Shown piece by piece: positions 19,056-29,750 of a stretch of 64,000 nt of DNA (position 1 is its first letter; each line of letters opens with the position of its first letter). A program made the translations under genes and the position numbers. The stretch spans positions 512,001 through 576,000 of the forward strand of contig CAWCNY010000006.1 in NCBI GenBank assembly GCA_963797095.1, read 5' to 3'. The notes under the pieces were generated by a model. It was given only the letters and a program-made list of their open reading frames with translations, was not told where the DNA came from and did not search any database. The stretch is from an uncultured Chloroflexia bacterium. GTDB taxonomy: Bacteria > Chloroflexota > Chloroflexia > QHBQ01 > JADMIH01.

Positions 19056-21365
19056 GTGCAAGCTATGAGCGCGATCAATTCGGGCGGGGTTGGGGCCGGA
19101 ACGAACTGGCGTGCGCACCTGCTTGCGCTGGCGGGCTATTTCCTACTTGCCCTGCTGGTGACATATCCCGTAGTGGCGCAATTCGCGTCCGGTGTGCCCG
19201 GCGACCTGGTAGCCGACCGCGACCAGAACCTGTGGAACCTCTGGTGGGTAAAGGAGAGCCTCTTCCGATTCACCGACCCATTTCACACCGACATGCTCTA
19301 TTATCCCTACAGCGCGGACCTCTATTACCACACGCTGGCCCTGCCGTTGGGGCTGGTTGGCCTTATACCTCAACTGCTGTTCAGCTTGCCCGCGGCCTAC
19401 AATACGGTGCTGCTGGTTGGCTTCACGCTTTCGGGGTATGGCATGTTCAGGCTGCTCGACTATGGGTTGCAGGTTTGGGAGCCAGGTTGGTCTGCTCCCA
19501 AAAGGCTTGCGGCGTTCCTGGGCGGTGTCGTATTCGCGTTTACGCCCTACACACTGGATGCCCTCAAAGGCCAGCCGGAAGTACTTTCTTTGCAGTGGAT
19601 GCCGCCCTTCGTTGAGATGTGGCTGAGAGGGCTTACCGGCGCGAGGGAATATGTAAAGCGCGATATGGGACTGTGGAAGTTTGGAGTAGGGGCCGGGGTG
19701 TTTCTGGCGCTTACGGCTTACACCAACCTCTACTATGCGGTATACCTTGTGCTGTTCGTGGTCGCCCACGTTCTGTACAGATTAGTGGTATCGGTGCGAA
19801 TGAACGCTTTGCACGAGGAGGCCCGAAGGATCGTTCGAGTTGGGAGCGTGATGGCAAGCGTAGCGATTGTGCTGGGTTGGCCTTTGCTGGTGGGTCTGGC
19901 GGTGCATCGTAACGACCCAAGACTGGCAGTGGAGGCCGACCCTGAGCACAGGCTAACCCACTCCGCCGACCTGCTCAGCTTCTTCGCGCCACCGCACGAT
20001 CACCTGTTGTTCGGCACCTGGCAGGATGCGCCGGGCGTCAACGAGCCGCCGCTCCACGATTACGTGGGCCTTGGATACGTGGCGCTGGCTCTGGCTGTGC
20101 TGGGCACTATAACTATGTGGCGCAAACCCGGCGTCCGCTTCTGGTTCATACTCATGGTGGCGGCACTACTGCTGGCGATGGGGCCGCAATTGCAGATAGG
20201 ACGCAACAGAACAGGTATCCCCATGCCATTTGCGTTGCTGGAATGGCTTCCAGGCATGGATGCTATAGCCAAGCCTGAGCGATTCGTGGTACTGGCGCGA
20301 TTGTGCATGGGCGTGCTGGCAGCCTGGGGCGCTATATGGCTCCTGGGTAGAAGGGGTGCAGATGTGCCTGTGGCGAACGCCCCGCAAACCGGAGGTCATG
20401 CCCGAACGGGGTATTCAGCGGTGGGTGTGCTGCTTGTGCTGGGTCTGCTAATAGAACTGCCTATACACCCACGATTTATGCAGACTATTGCCGACTTGCC
20501 GTTTTACCGGGCGTATGAGACACTGGCGTCACAGCCTGCCGGTGCGTTGATGGAATTGCCGTTTGCCACTCAACAATCAGAGACGATAGGGAGGCGTATG
20601 CTGCTGCAAACGGTGCATGATAAGCCGATCATGGCGGGCTACCTGTCGAGGAGGTACGACAGCCCCATCATCGATTCGTGCAGTCCGTTCTGGGGTTTCA
20701 TCTCGCCGCTGGACGTGCCAAGAGAGGATATAGCCTCGCCGGTGGTGGTGAACAGATTGCTGGATGTGCTGAACTTCTATGACATTCGCTATATATCGCT
20801 CTATACGTCCTTCACCGGGGTACCAAACGATCAGGGCGATCAGGTACCCACTGACCAAGTCGAGGCGCTCGACACGATTGTCTCTGATACTACGAATGCA
20901 GACTCTCCCATCTTCGAAGGAACTGCCCTTGGCATTTACAGCGTCAAGACAGAGAGCCTCGGTGATGCGCCGCCATCGTTCCACATCGGTGCCGGGTGGT
21001 ATCCGGTCGAACAGTCGGGCGGGCAGCCCTTCAGGTGGGTGCAGGATGGGCAAGGATCGCTCTGCGTATTTACCCCACAGGATGTAACCGGTAGCCTCGT
21101 TATGGCGGGGACAGCCTTCGCGCAGGATCGCAGCATTACAATGACTGTAGGGGATGAAGATCTATACAGCGGTACGCTCGCCTCAGGGGATTTCACAACT
21201 GTCAAGACGGCGACCAGGCACTGGCAAGCAGGCGTTACTCAAATAGACATAAGCTCTCCGGAGGCAGGCACTTCTCCCATTTCGCTCGACCCCAACGCGG
21301 GTGACAATCGGGAGCTTACGGTGGGTTTTCGAGGTGTGACGCTTGAAATTGAGCTTAAGAGATAG
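19056..21365 (+). CDS. Large polytopic membrane protein, GT-C/YfhO-like putative glycosyltransferase with extracytoplasmic C-terminal domain
   Basis: DRDQNLWNLWW, AYN..LSGYGM, AFTPY, SADLLSF, PERF, HDKPIMAGY motifs. Confidence 0.7.
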   Translation: MQAMSAINSGGVGAGTNWRAHLLALAGYFLLALLVTYPVVAQFASGVPGDLVADRDQNLWNLWWVKESLFRFTDPFHTDMLYYPYSADLYYHTLALPLGLVGLIPQLLFSLPAAYNTVLLVGFTLSGYGMFRLLDYGLQVWEPGWSAPKRLAAFLGGVVFAFTPYTLDALKGQPEVLSLQWMPPFVEMWLRGLTGAREYVKRDMGLWKFGVGAGVFLALTAYTNLYYAVYLVLFVVAHVLYRLVVSVRMNALHEEARRIVRVGSVMASVAIVLGWPLLVGLAVHRNDPRLAVEADPEHRLTHSADLLSFFAPPHDHLLFGTWQDAPGVNEPPLHDYVGLGYVALALAVLGTITMWRKPGVRFWFILMVAALLLAMGPQLQIGRNRTGIPMPFALLEWLPGMDAIAKPERFVVLARLCMGVLAAWGAIWLLGRRGADVPVANAPQTGGHARTGYSAVGVLLVLGLLIELPIHPRFMQTIADLPFYRAYETLASQPAGALMELPFATQQSETIGRRMLLQTVHDKPIMAGYLSRRYDSPIIDSCSPFWGFISPLDVPREDIASPVVVNRLLDVLNFYDIRYISLYTSFTGVPNDQGDQVPTDQVEALDTIVSDTTNADSPIFEGTALGIYSVKTESLGDAPPSFHIGAGWYPVEQSGGQPFRWVQDGQGSLCVFTPQDVTGSLVMAGTAFAQDRSITMTVGDEDLYSGTLASGDFTTVKTATRHWQAGVTQIDISSPEAGTSPISLDPNAGDNRELTVGFRGVTLEIELKR

Positions 21366-21371
21366 TATAAT
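21343..21371 (+). promoter_or_regulatory. Sigma-70 promoter of the nusA operon, overlapping the end of the upstream gene
   Basis: TTGAAA-17 bp-TATAAT. Confidence 0.65.
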
Positions 21372-21395
21372 AAGGTACAATTCGTGTAACGCTTC

Positions 21396-21421
21396 GAAAG
21401 TGGGCGCACCCCACTTTTTTT
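21396..21421 (+). promoter_or_regulatory. rimP/nusA-leader terminator hairpin (attenuator)
   Basis: AAAGTGGG-CGCAC-CCCACTTTTTTT just downstream of the promoter and upstream of nusA. Confidence 0.7.
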
Positions 21422-21534
21422 GTCGTGTAGGGCATCACGGATGACACAGCCGTTCGACTGATTCGAGGCCGGCTGACAACCGACGACCGGATATCTATGA
21501 GATCAGGGAAGCGTTAGGAGGAGAAAAACAGAAT

Positions 21535-22887
21535 ATGAAGAGTGATTTGTACGCCGCGATCAATCAAATCGCGGCAGAGCGCAATATTTCCCGCGAAGCA
21601 ATCCTGCGCGGCATTGAAGACGCAATCATAACTGCATATCGGAGAATAGCTGGCACCGATCAGAACGTGGCCGTGAAACTGGACCTGCAATCAGGCGATG
21701 CTCGCGTGTTCGAGCGCCGCACGGTGGTGGCCGAGGTGGAAGACCCCGCTACTGAGGTATCACTTGCGGAGGCGCGCGCCACTAACCCGGAAGCGCAGCC
21801 GGGCGACATGCTTGAAAAAGAAACCACTCCAGCTGACTTCGGGCGCATCGCCGCCCAGACGGCCAAGCAAGTGGTTATGCAGCGTATCCGCGAAGCCGAG
21901 CGCGACCGTGTGGTTGGCGAGTTCAGCGACCGCGAAGGCGATATCGTACTTGCCAATGTGCAGCGGCAGGATCAGAACGGCAACTGGATACTGGAAGTAG
22001 GGAGAGCCGAGGCGATCCTTCAGCCCAAGGACCAGGTGAAGAACGAGCGTTACCGCTCAGGTACGCGTATGCGGGTGCTCTTGCTGGAAGTGTTACAGAA
22101 GAACCAGAAAGGCCCACAGCTGATCGTATCCAGGGCGGACAGGGCGTTCCTCCGCAGGCTGTTCGAGCTTGAGGTGCCTGAGATACACAGTGGCGCGGTC
22201 GAGATCAAGAGCATCGCACGCGAGGCGGGGATGCGGTCGAAGGTGGCCGTAGCCGCCAGGCAAGCCAACGTTGACCCGGTCGGTTCCTGTGTCGGCATGA
22301 AAGGCCAGCGCATCCAGAAGATCGTGGACGAGCTAGGTGGCGAGAAGATCGATGTTGTGCTGTGGGACCCCGATATGTCGATGTACATAGCCAACGCGCT
22401 CTCTCCGGCCCAGGTGCTCTCGGTCGACCTGGACGACGAACACAAGACCGCCGCGGTGGTGGTACCTGAGAGAATGCTGTCGCTAGCTATCGGGAAAGAA
22501 GGGCAGAATGCTCGTCTGGCTGCCAAGCTCACCGGCTGGCGTATAGACATCAAGAGCACTATGACCGCGAGCGATGAAGAGGAAATGGACGAAGATGAGC
22601 TGGCGCGCCGCGCTGCCGCCGTGCTCAGGGCCGAGGCTGCTGCGGGCAATGGCTCAAACGGTTACGACCCGGCAGCAACCGACGACCTGAAAGAAGAGCG
22701 GCGCAAAGTGCGTGCTAACAATACCGTTGTGTATCAAAACTCGGCTTACGGTCCACTCCCGGAAGAGATGGTGGGCGAAACAGTACGCTTGCGGGCAACT
22801 GAGGAGTGGGTCGAGGTTCGGACCGACTCCGGCAGAGTGCTGGCAACATACCCCGTGCAGGAGGCAAGCGAGGTCGAGGCTGGATAA
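21535..22887 (+). CDS. nusA: Transcription termination/antitermination factor NusA with extra C-terminal domain
   Basis: [13 protein letters not shown]1, KH ([37 protein letters not shown]); AGGAGG RBS. Confidence 0.97.
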   Translation: MKSDLYAAINQIAAERNISREAILRGIEDAIITAYRRIAGTDQNVAVKLDLQSGDARVFERRTVVAEVEDPATEVSLAEARATNPEAQPGDMLEKETTPADFGRIAAQTAKQVVMQRIREAERDRVVGEFSDREGDIVLANVQRQDQNGNWILEVGRAEAILQPKDQVKNERYRSGTRMRVLLLEVLQKNQKGPQLIVSRADRAFLRRLFELEVPEIHSGAVEIKSIAREAGMRSKVAVAARQANVDPVGSCVGMKGQRIQKIVDELGGEKIDVVLWDPDMSMYIANALSPAQVLSVDLDDEHKTAAVVVPERMLSLAIGKEGQNARLAAKLTGWRIDIKSTMTASDEEEMDEDELARRAAAVLRAEAAAGNGSNGYDPAATDDLKEERRKVRANNTVVYQNSAYGPLPEEMVGETVRLRATEEWVEVRTDSGRVLATYPVQEASEVEAG

Positions 22888-22914
22888 TACCCGGCTTATT
22901 GGACGAAGGGAAGG

Positions 22915-23232
22915 ATGAGTAACAAATCAGGTAAGCAACCCAGGCCACGACATGTGCCGCAACGGACCTGTGTGGCCTGTAGGAGCACCGAGGCCAAGCG
23001 TGGTCTGGTGCGCGTAGTTAGGACGGCGGCAGGTACTGTTGAAATTGATGAAACAGGCAAGAAACCGGGTCGAGGAGCGTACTTACATATGTCCAGGGAG
23101 TGCTGGGAAAAGGCGTTGAAAGGCAAGGCGCTGGAATATGCACTCAAAACGGCAATTACAGCAGAAGACAAAGCAGCATTGCAGGCTTATGCTGATACCT
23201 TGGAGAATGAGGAGCAAAGCGTAAACAGTTAG
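22915..23232 (+). CDS. ylxR: YlxR/DUF448 RNA-binding protein (RnpM)
   Basis: PQRTCVACR, GRGAYL; position after nusA. Confidence 0.92.
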   Translation: MSNKSGKQPRPRHVPQRTCVACRSTEAKRGLVRVVRTAAGTVEIDETGKKPGRGAYLHMSRECWEKALKGKALEYALKTAITAEDKAALQAYADTLENEEQSVNS

Positions 23233-23345
23233 CAAAATTAGTGAAGGATAGTAGAGAGTTGGATAGTAGATTTCGGACGATAGAGGATTGGAGTTTGAGC
23301 CTTAAGACTAGAATTGGGCTATCGTCTATCAGTGGGAGGTTATAG

Positions 23346-25487
23346 ATGCCGAAAAAGATAGATTATGTTGTTATTGCACCATCTGGAAGTGGTGGTGCTG
23401 ATTTTGGTGAGGATGGAGCAGAGGAAGAAGCCAGCACAGTAAACCGTCCCCCCAGAGGCCCCGGACGCGGCAGACCTGGCGGAGCGCCTGGGGCCGGACG
23501 GCCCGGCGGCGCACGCCCTGCCGGACGCAATACGGGCGCAAGGCCCGGTGGCATTGGCCGTGGAGGCGTTGGCACCGGTGTTCGGTCGGGCCCAGGCGGT
23601 CGTACGGGCGGTTTCGGCGGAGCGCGGGGTGGCCTGCGCGGTGGGTCTCATTCGGGTGGCTCCGGCACAACACGTGGGTTCGGCGCAGGTCGCGGCCTGG
23701 GCTTAGGGCTTGAGAGGCCTACGCCTAAGGTAGCCATACCTCCATACCTGACTGTCAAAGAGCTTGGCGAACTGATGAGTGTCAACCCCACCAAGGTGAT
23801 CGCCGAGATGATCAAGCATGGCGTGATGGCGACCATCAACCAGCAGATCGATTACGATACAGCCGCTATCGCCGCTATAGGTTTGGGCTATGAAGTATCG
23901 GAAGCGAAGCCTGAGGTTGAGGAAGATCTGGGCGATATTCTAACCGCCGAGCAGGATGCATCTGATACAACCAGGCAGGTGCATCGCCCGCCCGTCGTGA
24001 CCATCATGGGCCACGTTGACCACGGTAAAACCAAGTTGCTCGACTCGATCAGGTCGGCTAATGTGATAGCAACCGAGGCGGGCGGTATAACCCAGCATAT
24101 AGGTGCTTATCAGGTAGAGTTGCAGGGCAAAAAGATCACCTTCCTCGACACGCCGGGCCACGAAGCCTTTACCGCCATGCGTGCCCGTGGCGCGCAGGTC
24201 ACCGATATCGTGGTGCTGGTGGTCGCTGCCGATGATGGTGTGATGCCCCAGACCCTGGAGGCCCTTTCACACGCCAAGGCTGCTGAAGTGCCGATCATCG
24301 TAGCTATCAATAAGATGGACAAGGAGGAAGCCAACCCTGATAGGGTGATGACCCAGCTTTCCGAGCAGGGGCTTGTGCCCACGGCCTGGGGCGGCGACAC
24401 CGAGTTCATCAAGGTGTCGGCACGTGCGGGCACAGGCATCCAGGACTTGCTGGAGACGATCCTGCTCGTCGCCGAGATACAGGATTACAAGGCCAGCCCG
24501 TACAGGAGAGCGCAGGGCACCATCATCGAGGCCGAGATGGATAAGAACCGTGGGCCTATTGCGACTGTGCTAATCCAGAACGGCACGCTCAATCTACGCG
24601 ATTACGTGGTTGCCGGGGCGACCTGGGGCCGCGTAAAGGCCATGCAGGACGATAAAGGGCGCAAACTGCGCAAGGCCGAGCCTTCTACCCCCGTCGAAAT
24701 CCTGGGCCTGTCTGGTGTGCCTCTTGCCGGAGACACCCTGCTGGTCGCTGTCGACGAGACAACTGTCAAGGAAATCGCTGACCAGCGTGCACGCCAACGC
24801 CGCTTTGAGGAGGCTGCTCAGAGCATCAAGTCGGTGAACCTGGACGACCTGTTCGCACAGATACAGGCGGGCCGTGTGAAGGAACTGCGTGTTATCCTGA
24901 AGGCAGACGTACAAGGCTCCCTGGAAGCCATCACACAGACATTGCAGAAGCTTTCAACTGACGAGGTCAAGGTGGTGATCCTCCACCGGGCGACCGGTGG
25001 CATCACCGAATCAGACGTACAGCTTGCTTATACATCGAACGCAATTATCATCGGCTTCAACGTGCGGCCTGACCCCGCTGCCAAGCGCGCTGCCGACAAG
25101 AACCGCGTTGAAGTCAGGTTCTACGATATCATCTATAAACTGTCCGAGGATATCGAGAATGCAATGAAGGGCATGCTCGAACCTACATTCCACGACGTGA
25201 CCGATGGATATGCCGAGGTACGCGCGGTATTCCGGTTGCCGAGAAACGAGCAGGCGGCAGGCTTGATGGTCACTGAGGGCAAAGCGTCACGTAACGATCA
25301 GGTACGCTTGCTGAGAAGCGGCACTGTGATCTATGACGGCACGGTATCTGCTCTCAAGAGATTCAAGGATGATGTGCGCGACGTAGCCCAGGGCTACGAG
25401 TGCGGTATCTCTCTCGAAGGCTTCAACGACTTCGAGATAGGCGATACGTTAGAGTTCTACAGGAAAGAGCAGGTTGCAGTAAAGTAG
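23346..25487 (+). CDS. infB: Translation initiation factor IF-2
   Basis: [37 protein letters not shown]. Confidence 0.98.
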   Translation: MPKKIDYVVIAPSGSGGADFGEDGAEEEASTVNRPPRGPGRGRPGGAPGAGRPGGARPAGRNTGARPGGIGRGGVGTGVRSGPGGRTGGFGGARGGLRGGSHSGGSGTTRGFGAGRGLGLGLERPTPKVAIPPYLTVKELGELMSVNPTKVIAEMIKHGVMATINQQIDYDTAAIAAIGLGYEVSEAKPEVEEDLGDILTAEQDASDTTRQVHRPPVVTIMGHVDHGKTKLLDSIRSANVIATEAGGITQHIGAYQVELQGKKITFLDTPGHEAFTAMRARGAQVTDIVVLVVAADDGVMPQTLEALSHAKAAEVPIIVAINKMDKEEANPDRVMTQLSEQGLVPTAWGGDTEFIKVSARAGTGIQDLLETILLVAEIQDYKASPYRRAQGTIIEAEMDKNRGPIATVLIQNGTLNLRDYVVAGATWGRVKAMQDDKGRKLRKAEPSTPVEILGLSGVPLAGDTLLVAVDETTVKEIADQRARQRRFEEAAQSIKSVNLDDLFAQIQAGRVKELRVILKADVQGSLEAITQTLQKLSTDEVKVVILHRATGGITESDVQLAYTSNAIIIGFNVRPDPAAKRAADKNRVEVRFYDIIYKLSEDIENAMKGMLEPTFHDVTDGYAEVRAVFRLPRNEQAAGLMVTEGKASRNDQVRLLRSGTVIYDGTVSALKRFKDDVRDVAQGYECGISLEGFNDFEIGDTLEFYRKEQVAVK

Positions 25488-25567
25488 TCAGTAATCGGTA
25501 GCCGGTAGTCAGAAGGTAAAAAGCCTGAGACTACCGACTATCGACTACCGACTGCCCGCCGACTACC
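25485..25567. repeat. Inverted pair of heptamer arrays (GGTAGTC / GACTACC)
   Basis: gtaatcggtagccggtagtc...gactaccgactatcgactaccgact. Confidence 0.8.
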
Positions 25568-25570
25568 AAA

Positions 25571-25957
25571 ATGGCAACACGACGACAAGTACAGGTCGCG
25601 GATGAGATACAGCAGATCATCTCGTATCTCATCCAACGCGAGCTAAAAGATCCGCGCATCGGATTTGTCACCATCACACGGGTGGAGGTAACGCAGGACC
25701 TCAAATACGCGCGCGTCTTCGTCAGCGTGATGGGGTCAGACGAGGAGCAGAGGGCCACGATGGTGGCGCTCAACAGCGCCAGGGGCTTTGTCCGGCATGA
25801 GGTAGCAACCCGCATGACCACCCGCACCGTACCTGAGTTGCAGTTCCGTCTGGACAAAGGGCTGGAATACAGCGACCGCATTAACAGGTTGCTGAATGAG
25901 TTGAAGGAAGCAGAGGCGAGCGAAAGCCAAAAGACGGAGCGCGAGGGTAATGGCTAA
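25571..25957 (+). CDS. rbfA: Ribosome-binding factor A
   Basis: LKDPRIGFVTITRVEVTQDLKYARVFVS, RTVPELQF. Confidence 0.96.
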   Translation: MATRRQVQVADEIQQIISYLIQRELKDPRIGFVTITRVEVTQDLKYARVFVSVMGSDEEQRATMVALNSARGFVRHEVATRMTTRTVPELQFRLDKGLEYSDRINRLLNELKEAEASESQKTEREGNG

Positions 25958-27062
25958 GGGTCGGAAGCCTTCATCTTCTATTCCACCTCTGTCGCCCTCA
26001 CTTGTCGATGCCGGTTTGAGCGATCACGAGCAGAATGAGCGCGTGCCTGAGTGGACGTTGCCTCAGTACACCAAAATCGCGGAGTGGCTGCAAGGGGCCG
26101 AGCGGATATTCATCCCCATGCATGTAAGTCCGGACGGTGATTTTCTTGGTTGCACGCTGGCCTTTGCGCGCGCCCTGAAATCGCGTGGCTATGATTGTGT
26201 AGTGGTGTCGCCCGACCCCATAGCGGACGTATACGCACCCTTTTACCGGCCTGAGGATGTCTTTGTGGGGGCTGTACCACCGGGGCCACCTGCCACCCAC
26301 ATAGCCTGCCTTGATATCAGCGATCCAAAGCGCACGGGCAGCTTTTACGATGCTCATGAGGCGGCATTTCGCGGCGAGGGTAGCGTCAAGGTGCTGAACC
26401 TGGACCACCATGCCACCAATCTGCGCTTCGGGGACCTACAATTGCTCGATGTCGGGTCTGCTGCTTGTGCTGAGCAGGTGGCAGTCGCCCTCAACGACCT
26501 GGGGTGGGCTGTGGACGCGGAGATTGCCCGCTACTTGCTCCTTGGGATCGTGACCGATACACTTGGCTTCAGAACCCCGGCCACCACTCCTCGCTCTCTG
26601 GAAATCGCTGCACGTATGATGGAGCGTGGCGGCAACCTCTATGAGATTGTGGAGCAAGTGTTCAATACGAGGCCGCTCTCAACTATCCTGCTCTGGAGCA
26701 AGGCGCTCGCAGGTGTGGCATTGGGCGCTGATGGGCGTGTGATCTACGTACACATTACACCCCAAATGCTGAACGAAGCCGGGGCCAAAGAGGACGAACT
26801 TGAAGGTCTATCCAGCTACCTGGCGACCGTAACGGATGATGTGAAAGTAGCAGCAGTGCTCAAAGAGCGAGACGATGGCACAACCCGCGTCTCCATAAGG
26901 AGCCGTCCAGGGGTAGACGTGGCGACAATAGCACGCAGATTTGGGGGTGGCGGGCATGCACAGGCAGCAGGTGCAACCATCCCGGCGGTGGGCACAGAAG
27001 CCGACGATCTCTTTATCGAAGCGTGCAAGGCCGTGCTGTCCGGAACCGAAGACGAGGGATGA
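25950..27062 (+). CDS. nrnA: DHH/DHHA1 phosphoesterase (NrnA-type oligoribonuclease/pAp phosphatase)
   Basis: [28 protein letters not shown]; located between rbfA and truB. Confidence 0.88.
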   Translation: MAKGRKPSSSIPPLSPSLVDAGLSDHEQNERVPEWTLPQYTKIAEWLQGAERIFIPMHVSPDGDFLGCTLAFARALKSRGYDCVVVSPDPIADVYAPFYRPEDVFVGAVPPGPPATHIACLDISDPKRTGSFYDAHEAAFRGEGSVKVLNLDHHATNLRFGDLQLLDVGSAACAEQVAVALNDLGWAVDAEIARYLLLGIVTDTLGFRTPATTPRSLEIAARMMERGGNLYEIVEQVFNTRPLSTILLWSKALAGVALGADGRVIYVHITPQMLNEAGAKEDELEGLSSYLATVTDDVKVAAVLKERDDGTTRVSIRSRPGVDVATIARRFGGGGHAQAAGATIPAVGTEADDLFIEACKAVLSGTEDEG

Positions 27063-27143
27063 TAGCCACAAGGCACGATAAGCAATAAGCAACACTTGTC
27101 ACTCGTCGCTCGTTACTCGTTCTCCATCGCCTATCGTCCGCTT

Positions 27144-28034
27144 ATGATTGACGGCATTTTCATCATAGACAAAGCCCCCGGAATGACCTCGCACGATGTG
27201 GTGGCGCGCGTGCGTCGCATCATCAGGCAGACGCGCGTAGGGCATGCCGGGACGCTTGATCCCCTAGCGACGGGTGTGCTGCCCGTAGTGGTTGGACGAG
27301 CCACCAGGCTCGTAGAGTATCTGGCCGAAGCCGATAAAGCTTACAGGGCTACCCTGATACTCGGCGCGAGCAGTGATACCTACGACCGCGAAGGCAGCGT
27401 TGTGCCCAGCCCTGATGTGGCTGTGCCTTCCAGACACGAAGTAGAGACTGCATTGGCGGGATTTCGAGGGGAGATCATGCAAGTGCCACCTATGCACTCG
27501 GCTCTGAAAGTGGGCGGCAAGAAGCTGTATGAACTTGCACGACAGGGGGTGGTGGTTGAGAGGCAGGCCAGGCAGATAACCATCAGCCGGATAGAGATAG
27601 AAGCCTATAGGCCTCCGCTCTTACAGATCTTCGTTGAATGCAGTAAAGGCACGTATATACGTTCGCTGGCGAATGACCTCGGCGAGGCGCTGGGCACCGG
27701 AGCGTATCTGGATGCGCTGGTTCGCACACGGGTAGGGGCTTTCTCCCTCGAACAGGCCGTTACGCTCGATGGTTTGGAAGCCGCGTTTGCGGAAGGCACC
27801 TGGCGGGAAAGCTTGCACCCTCCTGAGACCATCCTCGCAAGCTGGCCCATTTACAACGCGAATGCAGAGGTTGAGCAAGCGATTATGCAAGGTAAAGCAG
27901 TGGCGCTGGCGGAGAGCGATCCCGCGCGGGGAAGCATGGCAGCCGTGAAAGGCACGGGCAGCGATTTGCTAGCTATTGTAGAATGGAACAACACTACGGG
28001 CCTATGGCAACCTAAGAAGGTGTTTGGATCGTAA
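27144..28034 (+). CDS. truB: tRNA pseudouridine(55) synthase
   Basis: GMTSHDVV, VGHAGTLDPLATGVL, QVPPMHSALK, CSKGTYIRSLA. Confidence 0.96.
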   Translation: MIDGIFIIDKAPGMTSHDVVARVRRIIRQTRVGHAGTLDPLATGVLPVVVGRATRLVEYLAEADKAYRATLILGASSDTYDREGSVVPSPDVAVPSRHEVETALAGFRGEIMQVPPMHSALKVGGKKLYELARQGVVVERQARQITISRIEIEAYRPPLLQIFVECSKGTYIRSLANDLGEALGTGAYLDALVRTRVGAFSLEQAVTLDGLEAAFAEGTWRESLHPPETILASWPIYNANAEVEQAIMQGKAVALAESDPARGSMAAVKGTGSDLLAIVEWNNTTGLWQPKKVFGS

Positions 28035-28084
28035 AGCGTGGCTCGGGAAATTGGAGGGATCTAGTCTGATGTGGAGAGAGCCGG

Positions 28085-28741
28085 GTGTTTGATTGGATAG
28101 GGACTAACTGGGTATGGTGCTCGTTGGGTTGCATAGGGCTGTTCGTCGTTATGAGTGTAATCGGATACTTCTCGTTACGGGCGCGTGCCGATCGAGTGTT
28201 GCAGACGGATGGATTGCTTGAAGCCCTGAGAATGTTGAACGCGGGAGGTATGGACGGCGAGATCACGAAACTGCTCGATACACAACTGCCGAAATGGCCC
28301 ATCACGGACGAGATCAAAAGCGCTGTAGGCGAGCTACAGGGCCTGAAGACGGGCCTCGACGCCGCAGGACGGGCAGGAGTGCCTCAGAACCTGATCGCGG
28401 CGTTCAAGCAGGATACGCTGAAGGCTCTTGACCAGATGTGGCATCTGGCCGAGCGTGTGTCAGGGGCTGGAGCGCAGAGTGTGGAATACGCTTCGCTGGA
28501 GGAGCAAATGGCCCCCTATGTTGAGCAGGTGAAGAGGGTATGCCAATCTGCAAAGGAAGGGCGACTCACGATGGCTCGACTGGCACTGGCCGACCATGAC
28601 GCAAACAGCCAAGCGTTGGAAGAGGCGACAGCAGGCTTGCACAACCTCAGCGAGGCAGCGAGTGCCCTGCGCATGACCGACATACAACGACGCGATGGAG
28701 ATACAGATGGGACACCGGTTCAGTCTTCAAATAATAGCTAG
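28085..28741 (+). CDS. Hypothetical protein with N-terminal TM and helical soluble domain
   Basis: 218-aa ORF with GGAGAGAG RBS, fills the truB-ribF gap. Confidence 0.65.
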   Translation: MFDWIGTNWVWCSLGCIGLFVVMSVIGYFSLRARADRVLQTDGLLEALRMLNAGGMDGEITKLLDTQLPKWPITDEIKSAVGELQGLKTGLDAAGRAGVPQNLIAAFKQDTLKALDQMWHLAERVSGAGAQSVEYASLEEQMAPYVEQVKRVCQSAKEGRLTMARLALADHDANSQALEEATAGLHNLSEAASALRMTDIQRRDGDTDGTPVQSSNNS

Positions 28742-28746
28742 CCCGT

Positions 28747-29691
28747 ATGCCTGATCAGAAGCCAAATAGTATGCAACTTATATACGACCTAACACGGCGG
28801 CAGCCTGAGCCCGCTGTGCTTACCATAGGGGCATTTGATGGTGTGCACCTGGGGCACCGTGCCTTGATAGATGGGGTGGTGGCGAGCGCGCGTGAGAAGG
28901 GGATCGCCGCTGTAGCTCTGACCTTCGAGCCGTCGCCCAGGGAAGTGCTAAGGCCAGGACAACCGATCGCTTATCTGACGCGCCTACCGGAGAAGATCAG
29001 GATCATGTCTGAGACCGGCCTGGATGAACTGGTGGTGGTGAACTTCACGAAAGAGCTATCTCAGGTGGAGGCTCCCGACTTCATCGCCTGGGTGCGGCAG
29101 TATTTGCCTTTTGTGGAGCTATGGGAAGGCGAAGGCTTCGCGCTGGGGCATGGGCGCACCGGGAACACCGATGTGCTGGCGCGTTTGGGAGATGAAGTGG
29201 GGTATAAGCTCCAAATCGCGCCCCTGGTGGTCGTAGATGGTGAGCCTGTGAGTAGCACGCGGGTACGTGAGGCGGTGCTGGCGGGCGACGTGGCACTGGC
29301 AGCGCGCTTGCTTGGTCATTATCAGACCGTGCCCGGCACCGTTGTGCCCGGGTCCCGCAGGGGACGCGAGCTAGGCTACCCGACGGCGAACCTGGCGCTA
29401 CCCCCCAATCAGGCCCTGCCCGCCGATGGAGTTTACGCTACCTGGTGTACGCGAGCTGCCACCGGCGAGGTTCTGCCTTCAGTGACCAGCATCGGCACGA
29501 GACCCACGTTCGACGACGATGCGCGCCTGGTCGAGGTGTATATCATAGATTACAACGCCGACCTGTACGGCGAGGTGCTGATCGCGCATTTCGTGGAATA
29601 CCTGCGTGGGCAGGTGAAGTTTGAAGGGATCGAGCCTCTTATCGTACAAATGGGGACGGATACGGCGCGTGCGCGAGAGATACTGAAATAA
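28747..29691 (+). CDS. ribF: Bifunctional riboflavin kinase/FAD synthetase
   Basis: TIGAFDGVHLGH, VSSTRVR, GRELGYPTAN, GTRPTF. Confidence 0.96.
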   Translation: MPDQKPNSMQLIYDLTRRQPEPAVLTIGAFDGVHLGHRALIDGVVASAREKGIAAVALTFEPSPREVLRPGQPIAYLTRLPEKIRIMSETGLDELVVVNFTKELSQVEAPDFIAWVRQYLPFVELWEGEGFALGHGRTGNTDVLARLGDEVGYKLQIAPLVVVDGEPVSSTRVREAVLAGDVALAARLLGHYQTVPGTVVPGSRRGRELGYPTANLALPPNQALPADGVYATWCTRAATGEVLPSVTSIGTRPTFDDDARLVEVYIIDYNADLYGEVLIAHFVEYLRGQVKFEGIEPLIVQMGTDTARAREILK

Positions 29692-29702
29692 AAGCAAAAA
29701 TA

Positions 29703-29733
29703 GAGAAGGGGTCGCGGTAGGCGGCCCCTTCTC
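29703..29733. terminator. Intrinsic terminator between convergent ribF and lactonase-like gene
   Basis: GAGAAGGGGTCGC-GGTAG-GCGGCCCCTTCTC. Confidence 0.75.
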
Positions 29734-29750
29734 CTTTCGCGATCGGTCGA

